From a virus (lineage: Duplodnaviria > Heunggongvirae > Uroviricota > Caudoviricetes): DNA of 64,000 bases. Below, one piece after another: positions 32,436 through 41,175 of this stretch (the stretch's first letter is position 1; each line of letters starts with the position of its first letter). The position numbers and the translations under genes are program-made. Under the pieces are notes generated by a model, which saw only the letters and a list, made by a program, of their open reading frames with translations, was not told where the DNA came from and did not search any database. The stretch is from the IMG/VR virus record IMGVR_UViG_3300031088_000799, one strand, 5' to 3'.

Positions 32436-32580
32436 ATTCTCCTTTTTAATAATACAAGACAGTCTAACTTAGACAAAAAAGTCCATTTTAGATTAAATAG
32501 TCTAAGTTGAATTATAAAAAAGTCAAATAACTAATAGATACAATAAAAATGAGGCCGAAGCCTCATTATTAAAATACTAA

Positions 32581-33111
32581 TTAAAAGTTGTCGGGAAGTG
32601 TAATTTTTTCACGCGATGTCAGCTCCCAAAAGCTTGTATAAATCATAGAATTTGTGAGTTTCCTTATTTCCTGTTCACGATAAATATACTGACAAATAGA
32701 TTGCACAGCACACTCTGCATCACGATATCCCCTTACAAATGATTCCCAGTAATAATTTTGGACAGTAGACAATTGTTGGTAAAGTTGGAAAATAAATTCA
32801 AGTTCACGTTCCTTTGAGACAAACAGTTTAAATTCTCTTACATTCTCATCGTTGGCACCTTGTGCTGAAATATGACGCTGAATACTAGAAAATTTATTAA
32901 GGATACTATCAATGGCAAAGACATAAGCCATAGTGTAGTATTTAAATGAATCAGCAGAATCAGATATATTATAAAGTGTAACTGAGTGTTCAAACAAAAT
33001 ATGAATATCTACCAATTTTTTAGAAATAGGAGCCTCAATAACATCAACTTCAGAATAATGAACACTGCTACTTTTTGATGAATTAAAAAGTTTATTAAGC
33101 GAGGTGTGCAT
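32581..33111 (-). CDS. hypothetical protein
   Basis: 176 aa. Followed by the terminator tgaggccgaagcctca. Confidence 0.5.
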   Translation of the reverse strand: MHTSLNKLFNSSKSSSVHYSEVDVIEAPISKKLVDIHILFEHSVTLYNISDSADSFKYYTMAYVFAIDSILNKFSSIQRHISAQGANDENVREFKLFVSKERELEFIFQLYQQLSTVQNYYWESFVRGYRDAECAVQSICQYIYREQEIRKLTNSMIYTSFWELTSREKITLPDNF

Positions 33112-33215
33112 GGTTAGCTCCTATCATTTGATTAGAAAACTATTATAGCACACTTTAAGAAAAAATAAAATATTTTAATGCTATCTTATCTTAAAGAAAA
33201 TTTATGATATAATAA

Positions 33216-34097
33216 ATGTATACAAAACAAATAATTAGGAAAATCATGTCATTGTTTAGAAAAAAAACAGCCGATGAAATGCAGGATAAAATGATTGAAT
33301 TGATAGAAAATTATAAAGATTCTGTTAATTTAGAAAATAATCATAAAGCCAAGATGCAGGCCAGTGACGTAAAGGCTCAGATAGGACTTGGAGTAATGGG
33401 TGTTTCTGGATTAGGGGCACTTGGTGGTATAATTGCTATTGGAACTGCCGCCATTGCAGTGCCTACAGCTGTTGCTCTCACAACAGGTGCCGTTACAGTA
33501 GGCTTTGCTGCTATGGGATATATGGGAATACAAAGACTTATTCAAAAACATCATGAAAAAGTTTTAATGAAAAATGATCAAGATGATTTTGTCCGCAAAG
33601 CAGGAAATACTTTTGAGAAAAAAATGAATGCATTACTTAATAAAACTGAAGGACAAAAATCTTTGAATCATGATGATATGTTCAAATTACAATCTGCTGT
33701 ATTATATGACAATGGAACATCATTGGATGCGGCATTAAAGAACATGAGCCTACCAGATACCAAACACAAAAAAGTATTCAAAGAAAATATTTCAGGTCAA
33801 TTAGAATCAAGTATAGAAAGAATTCTACCAAAATCGTTCTACTCAACTAGAAAAGAAAGCTTAAAAACTGGATTAGGTTTAACTGTTGCTGCTGGTGGTG
33901 CAATAGCTGCAGTTGGTGGATTGACAGCAGCATCTTTAATGGCTACCGGCTTAGGAACAATAGCATTAGTGGGCGGAACGGCTTGGTCTGGGATTAGATT
34001 AGCTGCTGAAGCTTTGGAAAATCGCCAAATCAAGAAACACTTTGAAAAACAAAATAATGATGAAGTTGGAAACAAAAAAGCAAAATTAGCAATATAA
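33216..34097 (+). CDS. glycine-zipper membrane protein (two GxxxG/AxxxA-rich hydrophobic segments)
   Basis: 293 aa. Segments GLGVMGVSGLGALGGIIAIGTAAIAV and GLGLTVAAGGAIAAVGGLTAASLMATGLG. Confidence 0.5.
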   Translation: MYTKQIIRKIMSLFRKKTADEMQDKMIELIENYKDSVNLENNHKAKMQASDVKAQIGLGVMGVSGLGALGGIIAIGTAAIAVPTAVALTTGAVTVGFAAMGYMGIQRLIQKHHEKVLMKNDQDDFVRKAGNTFEKKMNALLNKTEGQKSLNHDDMFKLQSAVLYDNGTSLDAALKNMSLPDTKHKKVFKENISGQLESSIERILPKSFYSTRKESLKTGLGLTVAAGGAIAAVGGLTAASLMATGLGTIALVGGTAWSGIRLAAEALENRQIKKHFEKQNNDEVGNKKAKLAI

Positions 34098-34098
34098 A

Positions 34099-34122
34099 AA
34101 AGGCACTTAGGTGCCTTATTTT
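34099..34122. terminator. bidirectional intrinsic terminator aaaaaggcacttaggtgccttatttt (copy of 25520)
   Basis: Same stem as at 25521. Lies between convergent genes. Confidence 0.7.
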
Positions 34123-34421
34123 ACTGCCTTCAGATTTGATTTAAACCATTCATCAAGTGTTTGAATACGTGGTTCAGAAAACTCAAAACCTTTTCTTTTT
34201 TCTGGATAATTAAAATATCCAAAATATTGAAGTTCGAACTCATGACCAATAAAATGGAAAACATATTCTTTCTTTTCAGCAGCTTCTAATGCGGCTGTCA
34301 TCATATCATAAACAAATTTTTCATAGCTCTCATACTCAAACGGAACAACTTCAGTGCCATACCAAGAGTAACCATCACCTGTTGAATACTCCATAACAAA
34401 TCGCATAGAAAAAACCCTCAA
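34116..34421 (-). CDS. hypothetical small protein
   Basis: 101 aa. Confidence 0.45.
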   Translation of the reverse strand: MRVFSMRFVMEYSTGDGYSWYGTEVVPFEYESYEKFVYDMMTAALEAAEKKEYVFHFIGHEFELQYFGYFNYPEKRKGFEFSEPRIQTLDEWFKSNLKAVK

Positions 34422-34872
34422 TGAATTAATGTGAATACTATATCACAAATCAAAATTTTTGTAATCTTTTTTTTTAAAATATTTTATATCACGAAAAAAT
34501 GATAATATACAACAAATAAATGAAGAAGCTAAAACAATATATCAAAATGCAATTGATGAGTTAATCAAAAAATTTCAGACCGATAGACAAATAAGTTATA
34601 GACAATCAATTTAAATTACATTTTTAAAAATTTTGGTAAATTTAATATACTTAATTATCGTTCAATTATAAAAATAGTTGAAGAAAGGCTGAACCAAATA
34701 TTATAAACTGATGTCATTTTGTTAATAAAATATGGTAAAATCTTATATTACATTAACTGAAATGTTTAATATTTGACGTCATTATTTTATCCTCTATAAA
34801 TAGGATAAGTAGTTGACTTTTATAATAAAAAAAGTAATATGAATTATATCAAATATAATAATGTAGGTTTAT

Positions 34873-35640
34873 ATGTCGAAAATAATAAAAAGAACAGCTT
34901 TGATAGCCGCAGCAATTACGTTAGTACCAGTGATGGCTGGATATAGAGTATCACTACCATTAGAAAATGCTCAAGGTGGATCACTTCCAAATGGAAGCAT
35001 CATCATTGGTCAAGGGAATGGAAATTCTAGTAATGAAAACAATGATACAGATACGACTGGAAAAACATGTACGTATATTCCAGAAGGATCGATGGTTACA
35101 GAATTTAAACAAGCAATGGGAGCTTTAAAAGCCGGTGATAAAGGTTATGTATATAACGGAAACATTATAGGGTTTTATAGTCCATCCAATGGATACAGTG
35201 GCCCACCAAGTGGTGTAGCTAGTGGCTCATTAAAAGAAAGCAATCCAGAAATGAACAATTATGAAATTTGTGTGGATGAAAATAAATCATATCCGACCGT
35301 ACCAATGCCAATGCCAGAAGATGACAATGATTTTCCTCCATATGTTCCACCTGAACAAGAGGATCACACAGGGCCAGATTGGACACCAGAATGCATATTT
35401 AATATAAACTCAGACTATTCAGCTTATGATAAAGTGAATCGTCAATATGTAATGCAATCATCACAATTTGGAATATCAATAATATCAAGAACATGGTACC
35501 ATGTCCCAGCAGATTATAATCCAGACAGAGCCGGATCTTATATATACTTAGATAACTCATATAAAACAGGAAAATTTAGTGGGCCTAACCCTGATTATGA
35601 ATATGCTGGAATATGTCGAGTTAGAAAAATGGAGTTATAA
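34873..35640 (+). CDS. secreted hypothetical protein (signal peptide; N-terminal AGYRVSLPLE motif shared with 37818-38867)
   Basis: Hydrophobic N-terminus MSKIIKRTALIAAAITLVPVMA. Followed by the terminator agtgctttgaaaagcact plus T-run. Confidence 0.55.
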   Translation: MSKIIKRTALIAAAITLVPVMAGYRVSLPLENAQGGSLPNGSIIIGQGNGNSSNENNDTDTTGKTCTYIPEGSMVTEFKQAMGALKAGDKGYVYNGNIIGFYSPSNGYSGPPSGVASGSLKESNPEMNNYEICVDENKSYPTVPMPMPEDDNDFPPYVPPEQEDHTGPDWTPECIFNINSDYSAYDKVNRQYVMQSSQFGISIISRTWYHVPADYNPDRAGSYIYLDNSYKTGKFSGPNPDYEYAGICRVRKMEL

Positions 35641-35763
35641 TTCAAAAAAAATATAAAAAGTGCTTTGAAAAGCACTTTTTTTTCAAATGTAATATTTGTG
35701 TAAACCTTATTGTAAATGATTCTCAATTTGATATAATATGATCAACATAACAGCTATAAGGAG

Positions 35764-36183
35764 TTGACTATGAAAAAGATAATCACTGGATTAGTTTTAG
35801 CAAGCACCATTTTGTCAGTAGGTGTAGCTCAAGCACGCGGTGGTCATTATCATGGCGGCGGAAATGATTTTGGAAGATTTGTAGGATATACTGCTGCAGC
35901 CGCATTGACCGTTGGTGCAGTTTCCTATGCTATTAACTCTGGAAATAATAATGCCTATAATCGAGGATATAACAGAGGTTATAATGACAATTATAGATAC
36001 GAAGCTGCAAGACAGCAAGCTGCTTATGATTACGAAATGAGCAGACGATATCAACAACCAGTCTATTATCCACAACCTGTTTATTATGCTCCACCAGTTA
36101 GACAGCAAGTGATATATGTCAATCAACCTGCATATTATGTACCTCCTGTGCAAAGAGTTTATTACAATACTTATTATCCTTAA
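35764..36183 (+). CDS. secreted low-complexity Gly/Tyr/Pro-rich protein
   Basis: Signal peptide MTMKKIITGLVLASTILSVGVAQA. Repeats NRGYNRGYN and YYPQPVYYAPPV. Confidence 0.5.
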   Translation: MTMKKIITGLVLASTILSVGVAQARGGHYHGGGNDFGRFVGYTAAAALTVGAVSYAINSGNNNAYNRGYNRGYNDNYRYEAARQQAAYDYEMSRRYQQPVYYPQPVYYAPPVRQQVIYVNQPAYYVPPVQRVYYNTYYP

Positions 36184-36190
36184 AAAATAG

Positions 36191-36216
36191 AAAAGACCCC
36201 GAAAGGTCTTTTTTAT
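36191..36216 (+). terminator. intrinsic terminator aaaagaccccgaaaggtcttttttatt
   Basis: 6-7 bp GC stem plus T-run. Confidence 0.7.
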
Positions 36217-36413
36217 TATCTTTTTACTTGTAATGAGCTTTAATTCTTTCCATGTCTTCTGGAGTTAAATCTTTACCTTCCCAATCAAGAATGCCTAAAC
36301 GATCATCAATACGCCATTGAGATTCAGCATCTAGCTTATGATAATTAGTTGGACGTTAAAAACTCTTCTCAAACATTTCACGTTGATTCATATCGTCTCT
36401 CCTATAAAATAAG

Positions 36414-36524
36414 TTAGGACCGTCATGCTTTGCACCATGCACTGAAGGAGTCGAACCTTTCTAGTTTGGGGACTCGAACCCCTCTGCACATAATAGACTA
36501 CTGCCGTTCGCCATCACGTCCTAA
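36414..36524 (-). ncRNA. tRNA-like structured RNA with two tandem T-arm-like hairpins closed by a long-range ~12-bp stem. Not a canonical tRNA.
   Basis: On the minus strand the two hairpins are AGGGGTTCGAGTCCCCA and AAGGTTCGACTCCTT (both GTTCGA-type T-loops). Flanking UUAGGACGUGAUGG pairs with GCAUGACGGUCCUAA. Confidence 0.4.
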
Positions 36525-36556
36525 ATCTGGTGAATGAGTGTAGCATACAGCTCATT

Positions 36557-37414
36557 CTATATATTAATCATTTCAAAAAGTTTTAATGTATCTTTATAAT
36601 TACAACTAAAATCAATACCATCATAATGTTTACTAGGTTTTAATTTTTCACATGCTAGTGTGTAACAGTAGTTATACACATAATCAAGCATTTCATCCTT
36701 GTCAATCTTCAACGAATAGGAAGAAACTAGCTCTTCATTAGCAAAATCAGCATTTTTATACTTATCACGACATTCTCCATTAATTGTTAAAACATTAGAA
36801 TCACGATCATAAACCATAAATACATCAGTCCATTTCAAATAAAGAATAAACAAAGTTTTATTAGAATTTAAACTTTCATAAAACTCAAAAAGACATGATG
36901 AATATTTACTAATAAATAAAAAAAGAGTCAAATGTCGTTTAACATCGTCAGTAGTGCTACAATAGGTTTCACCTTTATATTTCAATAATCCCATTTCTTT
37001 CTGATTGCTGAATTCAGCAGCATCTTTATAATTAAAAAAATAAAGCATTTCTTTCGGGTGTAACACAAAGCTAATATTTTGTTTATCTTTTAAGAATTCA
37101 AAAATTTTAGCAGCTACATCTTCTTCTACATGAAAAAAAATAGGAAACTCTAAATAATTAGTAACCGCATCAATATTAGAATTCGGCCCAACATAGGTGT
37201 TACGAGCTACTGTTTGCAATACACAAATATTATTTTTGTAAAAATAAATATCTTTTAAATCTTTTAATGCACAGGCGATACCGTTATTTGCAATGGCATA
37301 AATAATACTAAAATTATCATTTGAATAAAAAGAAATTTCTGCACCATATACAAATGATGTTTTAATAAAAAGGTGTTTTTTCATTTCTGGAAGAAGTTGC
37401 ATCGTTGATAACAT
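36557..37414 (-). CDS. Ct-motif paralog family member (...KDTLKLFEMINI)
   Basis: 285 aa. Confidence 0.55.
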   Translation of the reverse strand: MLSTMQLLPEMKKHLFIKTSFVYGAEISFYSNDNFSIIYAIANNGIACALKDLKDIYFYKNNICVLQTVARNTYVGPNSNIDAVTNYLEFPIFFHVEEDVAAKIFEFLKDKQNISFVLHPKEMLYFFNYKDAAEFSNQKEMGLLKYKGETYCSTTDDVKRHLTLFLFISKYSSCLFEFYESLNSNKTLFILYLKWTDVFMVYDRDSNVLTINGECRDKYKNADFANEELVSSYSLKIDKDEMLDYVYNYCYTLACEKLKPSKHYDGIDFSCNYKDTLKLFEMINI

Positions 37415-37464
37415 TCACCACCTCAAAAAAAACCATACAGGATGTATGATTTAACAGAATATTG

Positions 37465-37539
37465 TTGAAGAGGAAGGATTTGAACCCCCGACATACCCGC
37501 CCAAAATGCAGGCTGCTCTACCCACTGAGCTACCCTTCA
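37465..37539 (-). tRNA. tRNA gene, anticodon probably UUU (Lys), with non-canonical spacing
   Basis: Canonical D-arm GCTCAGTGGGTAGAGC and T-arm GGGGGTTCAAATCCTTC. Acceptor stem TGAAGGG/CTCTTCA. 2 nt between the D and anticodon stems, 6-nt variable loop. No encoded CCA. Confidence 0.6.
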
Positions 37540-37587
37540 AACACTTTAAAAAACAATAGAGCAACTAAGTTACTCTATTTTTCAAAT

Positions 37588-37664
37588 TGGTCGGAGTGGC
37601 AAGATTCGAACTTGCGGCATCTTGCTCCCAAAGCAAGCGGTCTACCGGGCTGACCTACACTCCG
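37588..37664 (-). tRNA. tRNA-Pro (anticodon TGG) with encoded CCA
   Basis: Perfect cloverleaf: acceptor CGGAGTG/CACTCCG, D GGTC/GACC, anticodon stem CTTGC/GCAAG, loop TTTGGGA, T-arm GCAAGTTCGAATCTTGC, 3' ACCA. Confidence 0.9.
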
Positions 37665-37817
37665 TTTCGATAATCAAATAATACGATATTTATGACAGCT
37701 TGTCAATATTTTTTTTCTTCATCTTTCATCTAGTTTTCTTAAATATATTAAAAGAAAAAATGCTATCAATTTGATATAATTTTAATGAATGTTATATTAT
37801 AATAAAACAATAATAAA

Positions 37818-38867
37818 ATGAATATGAAATTAAGTAAAATAGCCATAGTGATTGGTATTTTATCCATATATGGTATTTCTAATGCTGGTTATTCAATAAA
37901 AATTCCATTAGAACCCAATATGATTACTTTGAAAGAACCAAGCAACAATGGAGAGAATCCAGAGACACCAACTGATCCTGAACCACCAGTTGAACCGGCT
38001 CCATTAGCTGAAATGACATCTGCACATGGGCCTCAAAGTGTATTTTTCAATTATCCATTTGAAATTGCTATAGATGCAATCAATGCAACTAAATATAAAA
38101 TTAAAAGTAATAATGGAAATTCAGGTGTTTCATCATCTGGTATAATCATTGATAACGTATCAACTTACAGTGTAACACCAACCCAACCGGGAAATTATGA
38201 ATACTCAATAAGTGCCATTAACGAAGACGGGAAAGAATCAACCAGCATGAACGTTGCGGTTAACGTAGAAAACTATCCTACTATTGACAACATCACTGTA
38301 AATGGCTCATCTAGCTTCTTGCATACTACAAAAGGGAATGCACTAAATCTATCAGCATCAGTGTCAGAAGGATCTCAACTTGTACAGAATGTGCCAGCTA
38401 CTGCTTCTACTGATCCGGGTGAATATACTTATAAACTTTATGCTGAAAAAACATTAAATGGCATTACAAAAAAATCAACAGATTCAAATTTTATTGTAGC
38501 TACTGGAACATTAATTACAGTTGGTGTCGGACAATATAAAAATGGTTCAACACAAGTAGTTGGCTATGTAGACACTTCAAAATCTGTCTATGTTGCAGAA
38601 ACTACAGGTAACATCTCCATAAATAAGATTAGTGGAAATCCTATCTATCATCTCTATCAAAATATCAATGGTGGTTCTGTTGTGTTTGGTTTCGCACCAA
38701 GTTCTCCAGATGGATTCTTTGCGGGTGGTAAAATCTGGATTAACAACCAGTTATGCGGACAAACGACAACATCATATGGTAGCACAGTAGACAGTTACCT
38801 ATTTGCTGGATGTGCATTACGACTTGGAAGTGCCAGTGTGGGAAATAATGTAAAAATTTATTATTAA
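37818..38867 (+). CDS. secreted hypothetical protein (signal peptide; N-terminal AGYSIKIPLE motif; Pro/Glu-rich linker; Thr/Ser/Gly-rich beta-like body)
   Basis: 349 aa. MNMKLSKIAIVIGILSIYGISNA, then PETPTDPEPPVEPAP. Confidence 0.55.
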   Translation: MNMKLSKIAIVIGILSIYGISNAGYSIKIPLEPNMITLKEPSNNGENPETPTDPEPPVEPAPLAEMTSAHGPQSVFFNYPFEIAIDAINATKYKIKSNNGNSGVSSSGIIIDNVSTYSVTPTQPGNYEYSISAINEDGKESTSMNVAVNVENYPTIDNITVNGSSSFLHTTKGNALNLSASVSEGSQLVQNVPATASTDPGEYTYKLYAEKTLNGITKKSTDSNFIVATGTLITVGVGQYKNGSTQVVGYVDTSKSVYVAETTGNISINKISGNPIYHLYQNINGGSVVFGFAPSSPDGFFAGGKIWINNQLCGQTTTSYGSTVDSYLFAGCALRLGSASVGNNVKIYY

Positions 38868-39067
38868 GTAAAGAAAATAATTTAATGATTTTATAAAAAA
38901 TGTTTTATAGTTGATTAAAAAATATACAAAAATATATATTAAAATACATATCTGCAATAAATTTCTTATTGCTAAAATATAGAAAAACATGTATAGATTT
39001 TGGACGAGCACCTACCAAGTTTGTAGACAACCGATTACCAACTACAGCAGTTAACTGGTTTTCAGAA

Positions 39068-39097
39068 AAACAAAAACCGCAACAATGCGGTTTTATG
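39068..39097. terminator. bidirectional intrinsic terminator aaccgcaacaatgcggtt
   Basis: 6-bp stem, A-run before and T-run after. Confidence 0.6.
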
Positions 39098-39112
39098 TTG
39101 TTCTCATTATAA

Positions 39113-39751
39113 TCAGATTGAAAGCATTTCCATTGTCATAAGTAATGATTCATAGTCCATAGATTCTGCATCTACCTGATATTTTAAATCATCTGGAATA
39201 TCATCAAATTTACTTTTTAGCAAAGCTTTAAATGCATTTCTTTGATCAAATGCTCCATGTCCCATAAAAATATCACCTTTACTAAAATAATCTGATTTAT
39301 AAATATTACATTTTTCATTTTCTTCATATAAAAAGAATGTTCCAACATTTTTATCAAAATTAATGCAATGGTGAAAACCATGATGCCAACGAAGAAGAAT
39401 GCGGCTAGGCTTTAACACATCATGAATCACATTAGAGTCATAATAAATGTAGACAGTACAACCAAAATTATTCGTATGAGACATAGGATAATTAAGCATC
39501 TTTGAAAACGAATTATACTTTTCCATAAAACGTAAGCTGTATTCAAAGCAAGAGTGTGTTGTAACACCATTGGTTTTTAAAATATCATTAACCAAATCAT
39601 ACCAACCAGAATAAGAACCATCTTTAACAATTCTTTTATTTTTCCAGTAAAAATGAAATCTGTTTACTTTATATTTTGAAGGTGTTTTAAAATTAATAGT
39701 ACTGTCATGCTTAACATAATGTGAGCTAAGTAATTTGTCGAATTTTTTCAT
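39113..39751 (-). CDS. Ct-motif paralog family member (...YESLLMTMEMLSI)
   Basis: 212 aa. Confidence 0.55.
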   Translation of the reverse strand: MKKFDKLLSSHYVKHDSTINFKTPSKYKVNRFHFYWKNKRIVKDGSYSGWYDLVNDILKTNGVTTHSCFEYSLRFMEKYNSFSKMLNYPMSHTNNFGCTVYIYYDSNVIHDVLKPSRILLRWHHGFHHCINFDKNVGTFFLYEENEKCNIYKSDYFSKGDIFMGHGAFDQRNAFKALLKSKFDDIPDDLKYQVDAESMDYESLLMTMEMLSI

Positions 39752-39785
39752 TATTAATCCTACTCTGTAAAAGGAAAAAACCTAA

Positions 39786-40121
39786 TTAATGAAGTGTTTT
39801 AACCTTAGATGCATTATAAAAACTGAGCTTTTGAGCCAGTTCTCCTATAAGTGATGTTCGTGTAACATGGCAGATAGGATGAAAGATAGATTGAAGATGT
39901 TCCAACGTTAGATTGTTATATTCTATCACTCGTTGCATCTCAGTAAATTCATCGGCTGTTTTAGGCTCAACAAAAATCATGAGCAGGAAATCCCCTACTT
40001 CAGAAGCATCTGTAACACATGCTTCTGGATGGCCGAGTGCTTCAAGAATAAGCAACGTCTCTTTTTCAAAAATATCAACTAAATCACTATCTGCTTGCTC
40101 AACATCGACTTTGTTATTCAT
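39786..40121 (-). CDS. hypothetical acidic small protein
   Basis: 111 aa. Confidence 0.45.
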   Translation of the reverse strand: MNNKVDVEQADSDLVDIFEKETLLILEALGHPEACVTDASEVGDFLLMIFVEPKTADEFTEMQRVIEYNNLTLEHLQSIFHPICHVTRTSLIGELAQKLSFYNASKVKTLH

Positions 40122-40242
40122 GATGAACTCCTAATACTATTGTCTAATAATAGCAGAAAAAGTCCTAACTGTCAATTTTAATGAAACTTGAATTATGTCT
40201 AAAAAGATGTTAAAATAATGAAAATTAAAAAGGAATAAATGC

Positions 40243-41016
40243 ATGAAGATTAGAACTGGACTATTGAAAAATGATTATAAAGAAGAAACTGTTTATGATT
40301 GGCCGGAAGGTGCTGCTTCACAAGCGGGCGGTGGTGCCATTGATGGTCTTGGTCCATTAGTGTTTTTCGAAGTATTCATCGAAGGTATGTCTTATATCCG
40401 TGGCGAAGGAAAAAGCCTTCCAGAAGCTGAAAAAGCTGCTTGGGATAAATATCAAGTATATATGAATTGCAATCATGAATTCGAACGCTTTGGAGCGACC
40501 AGCCAACTGGGTAAATGCAAACATTGCAATATGAAAAAAGACAAAATGTTTAAAATGTTGACCACTTGTAACTCTTGTGGCAAACATGAAGTTATCCATA
40601 ATATTGGTCAAGAATACTATTGCTATGAGCATTACATGATTAAGCTTGTGAATAAAATCAATGATGCTAAAAATAAAGATGAACTGCTCGGAGAAGAAAA
40701 ATGGCTATGGTGTCATAATGTGCTTGAAGAACTAGGCCAATTTGATGGATTAAGTGATGTTGAAATTCACTCAACCTATTATAAAAACTACAATAAATTC
40801 TTTGATTATATGGTAGAAGTATGTCAAAAGCTTCAAATGGAACATAACCCAACCAGTAAAACACATTACGTTGATGTTCTTGAAATGATGGAACATGATG
40901 AAAAAGCGTTGAAAGCATTTTTTAATCTGTATCTGTATGAATATAAAGGCATTAAAATTAATCGTAGCACAACAGATCTTGAAAATTTGTTAATTGAATT
41001 TGTTATTACTCACTAA
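40243..41016 (+). CDS. hypothetical protein with Cys4 zinc-ribbon-like motif (CKHCN...CNSCGKH)
   Basis: 257 aa. Confidence 0.5.
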   Translation: MKIRTGLLKNDYKEETVYDWPEGAASQAGGGAIDGLGPLVFFEVFIEGMSYIRGEGKSLPEAEKAAWDKYQVYMNCNHEFERFGATSQLGKCKHCNMKKDKMFKMLTTCNSCGKHEVIHNIGQEYYCYEHYMIKLVNKINDAKNKDELLGEEKWLWCHNVLEELGQFDGLSDVEIHSTYYKNYNKFFDYMVEVCQKLQMEHNPTSKTHYVDVLEMMEHDEKALKAFFNLYLYEYKGIKINRSTTDLENLLIEFVITH

Positions 41017-41175
41017 AAAACAAAGTTAGACTAATGCAACCTGTTAATTGTGAAACCATTCATGATTTTGCCATTAAAAAAATTGATTAATATTTGAGTA
41101 TTTAAATTCTTAAAGTTTTGATTTATTACCTTTACTATGGTATAATAAATCATAATTTTTCAAAGGAGTATCATC

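Noticed and set aside
36414-36524. tmRNA (ssrA) as an explanation for the T-arm-like hairpins
   Set aside because: The element is only ~110 nt. It lacks the tmRNA 5'/3' acceptor pairing, CCA-proximal consensus and any tag-peptide reading frame. The upstream region is occupied by a protein-coding gene.
37462-37653. ORF-track CDS 37462-37653 (+), 63 aa
   Set aside because: It is the antisense of the two tRNA genes. Its translation is an artefact of the tRNA sequences.
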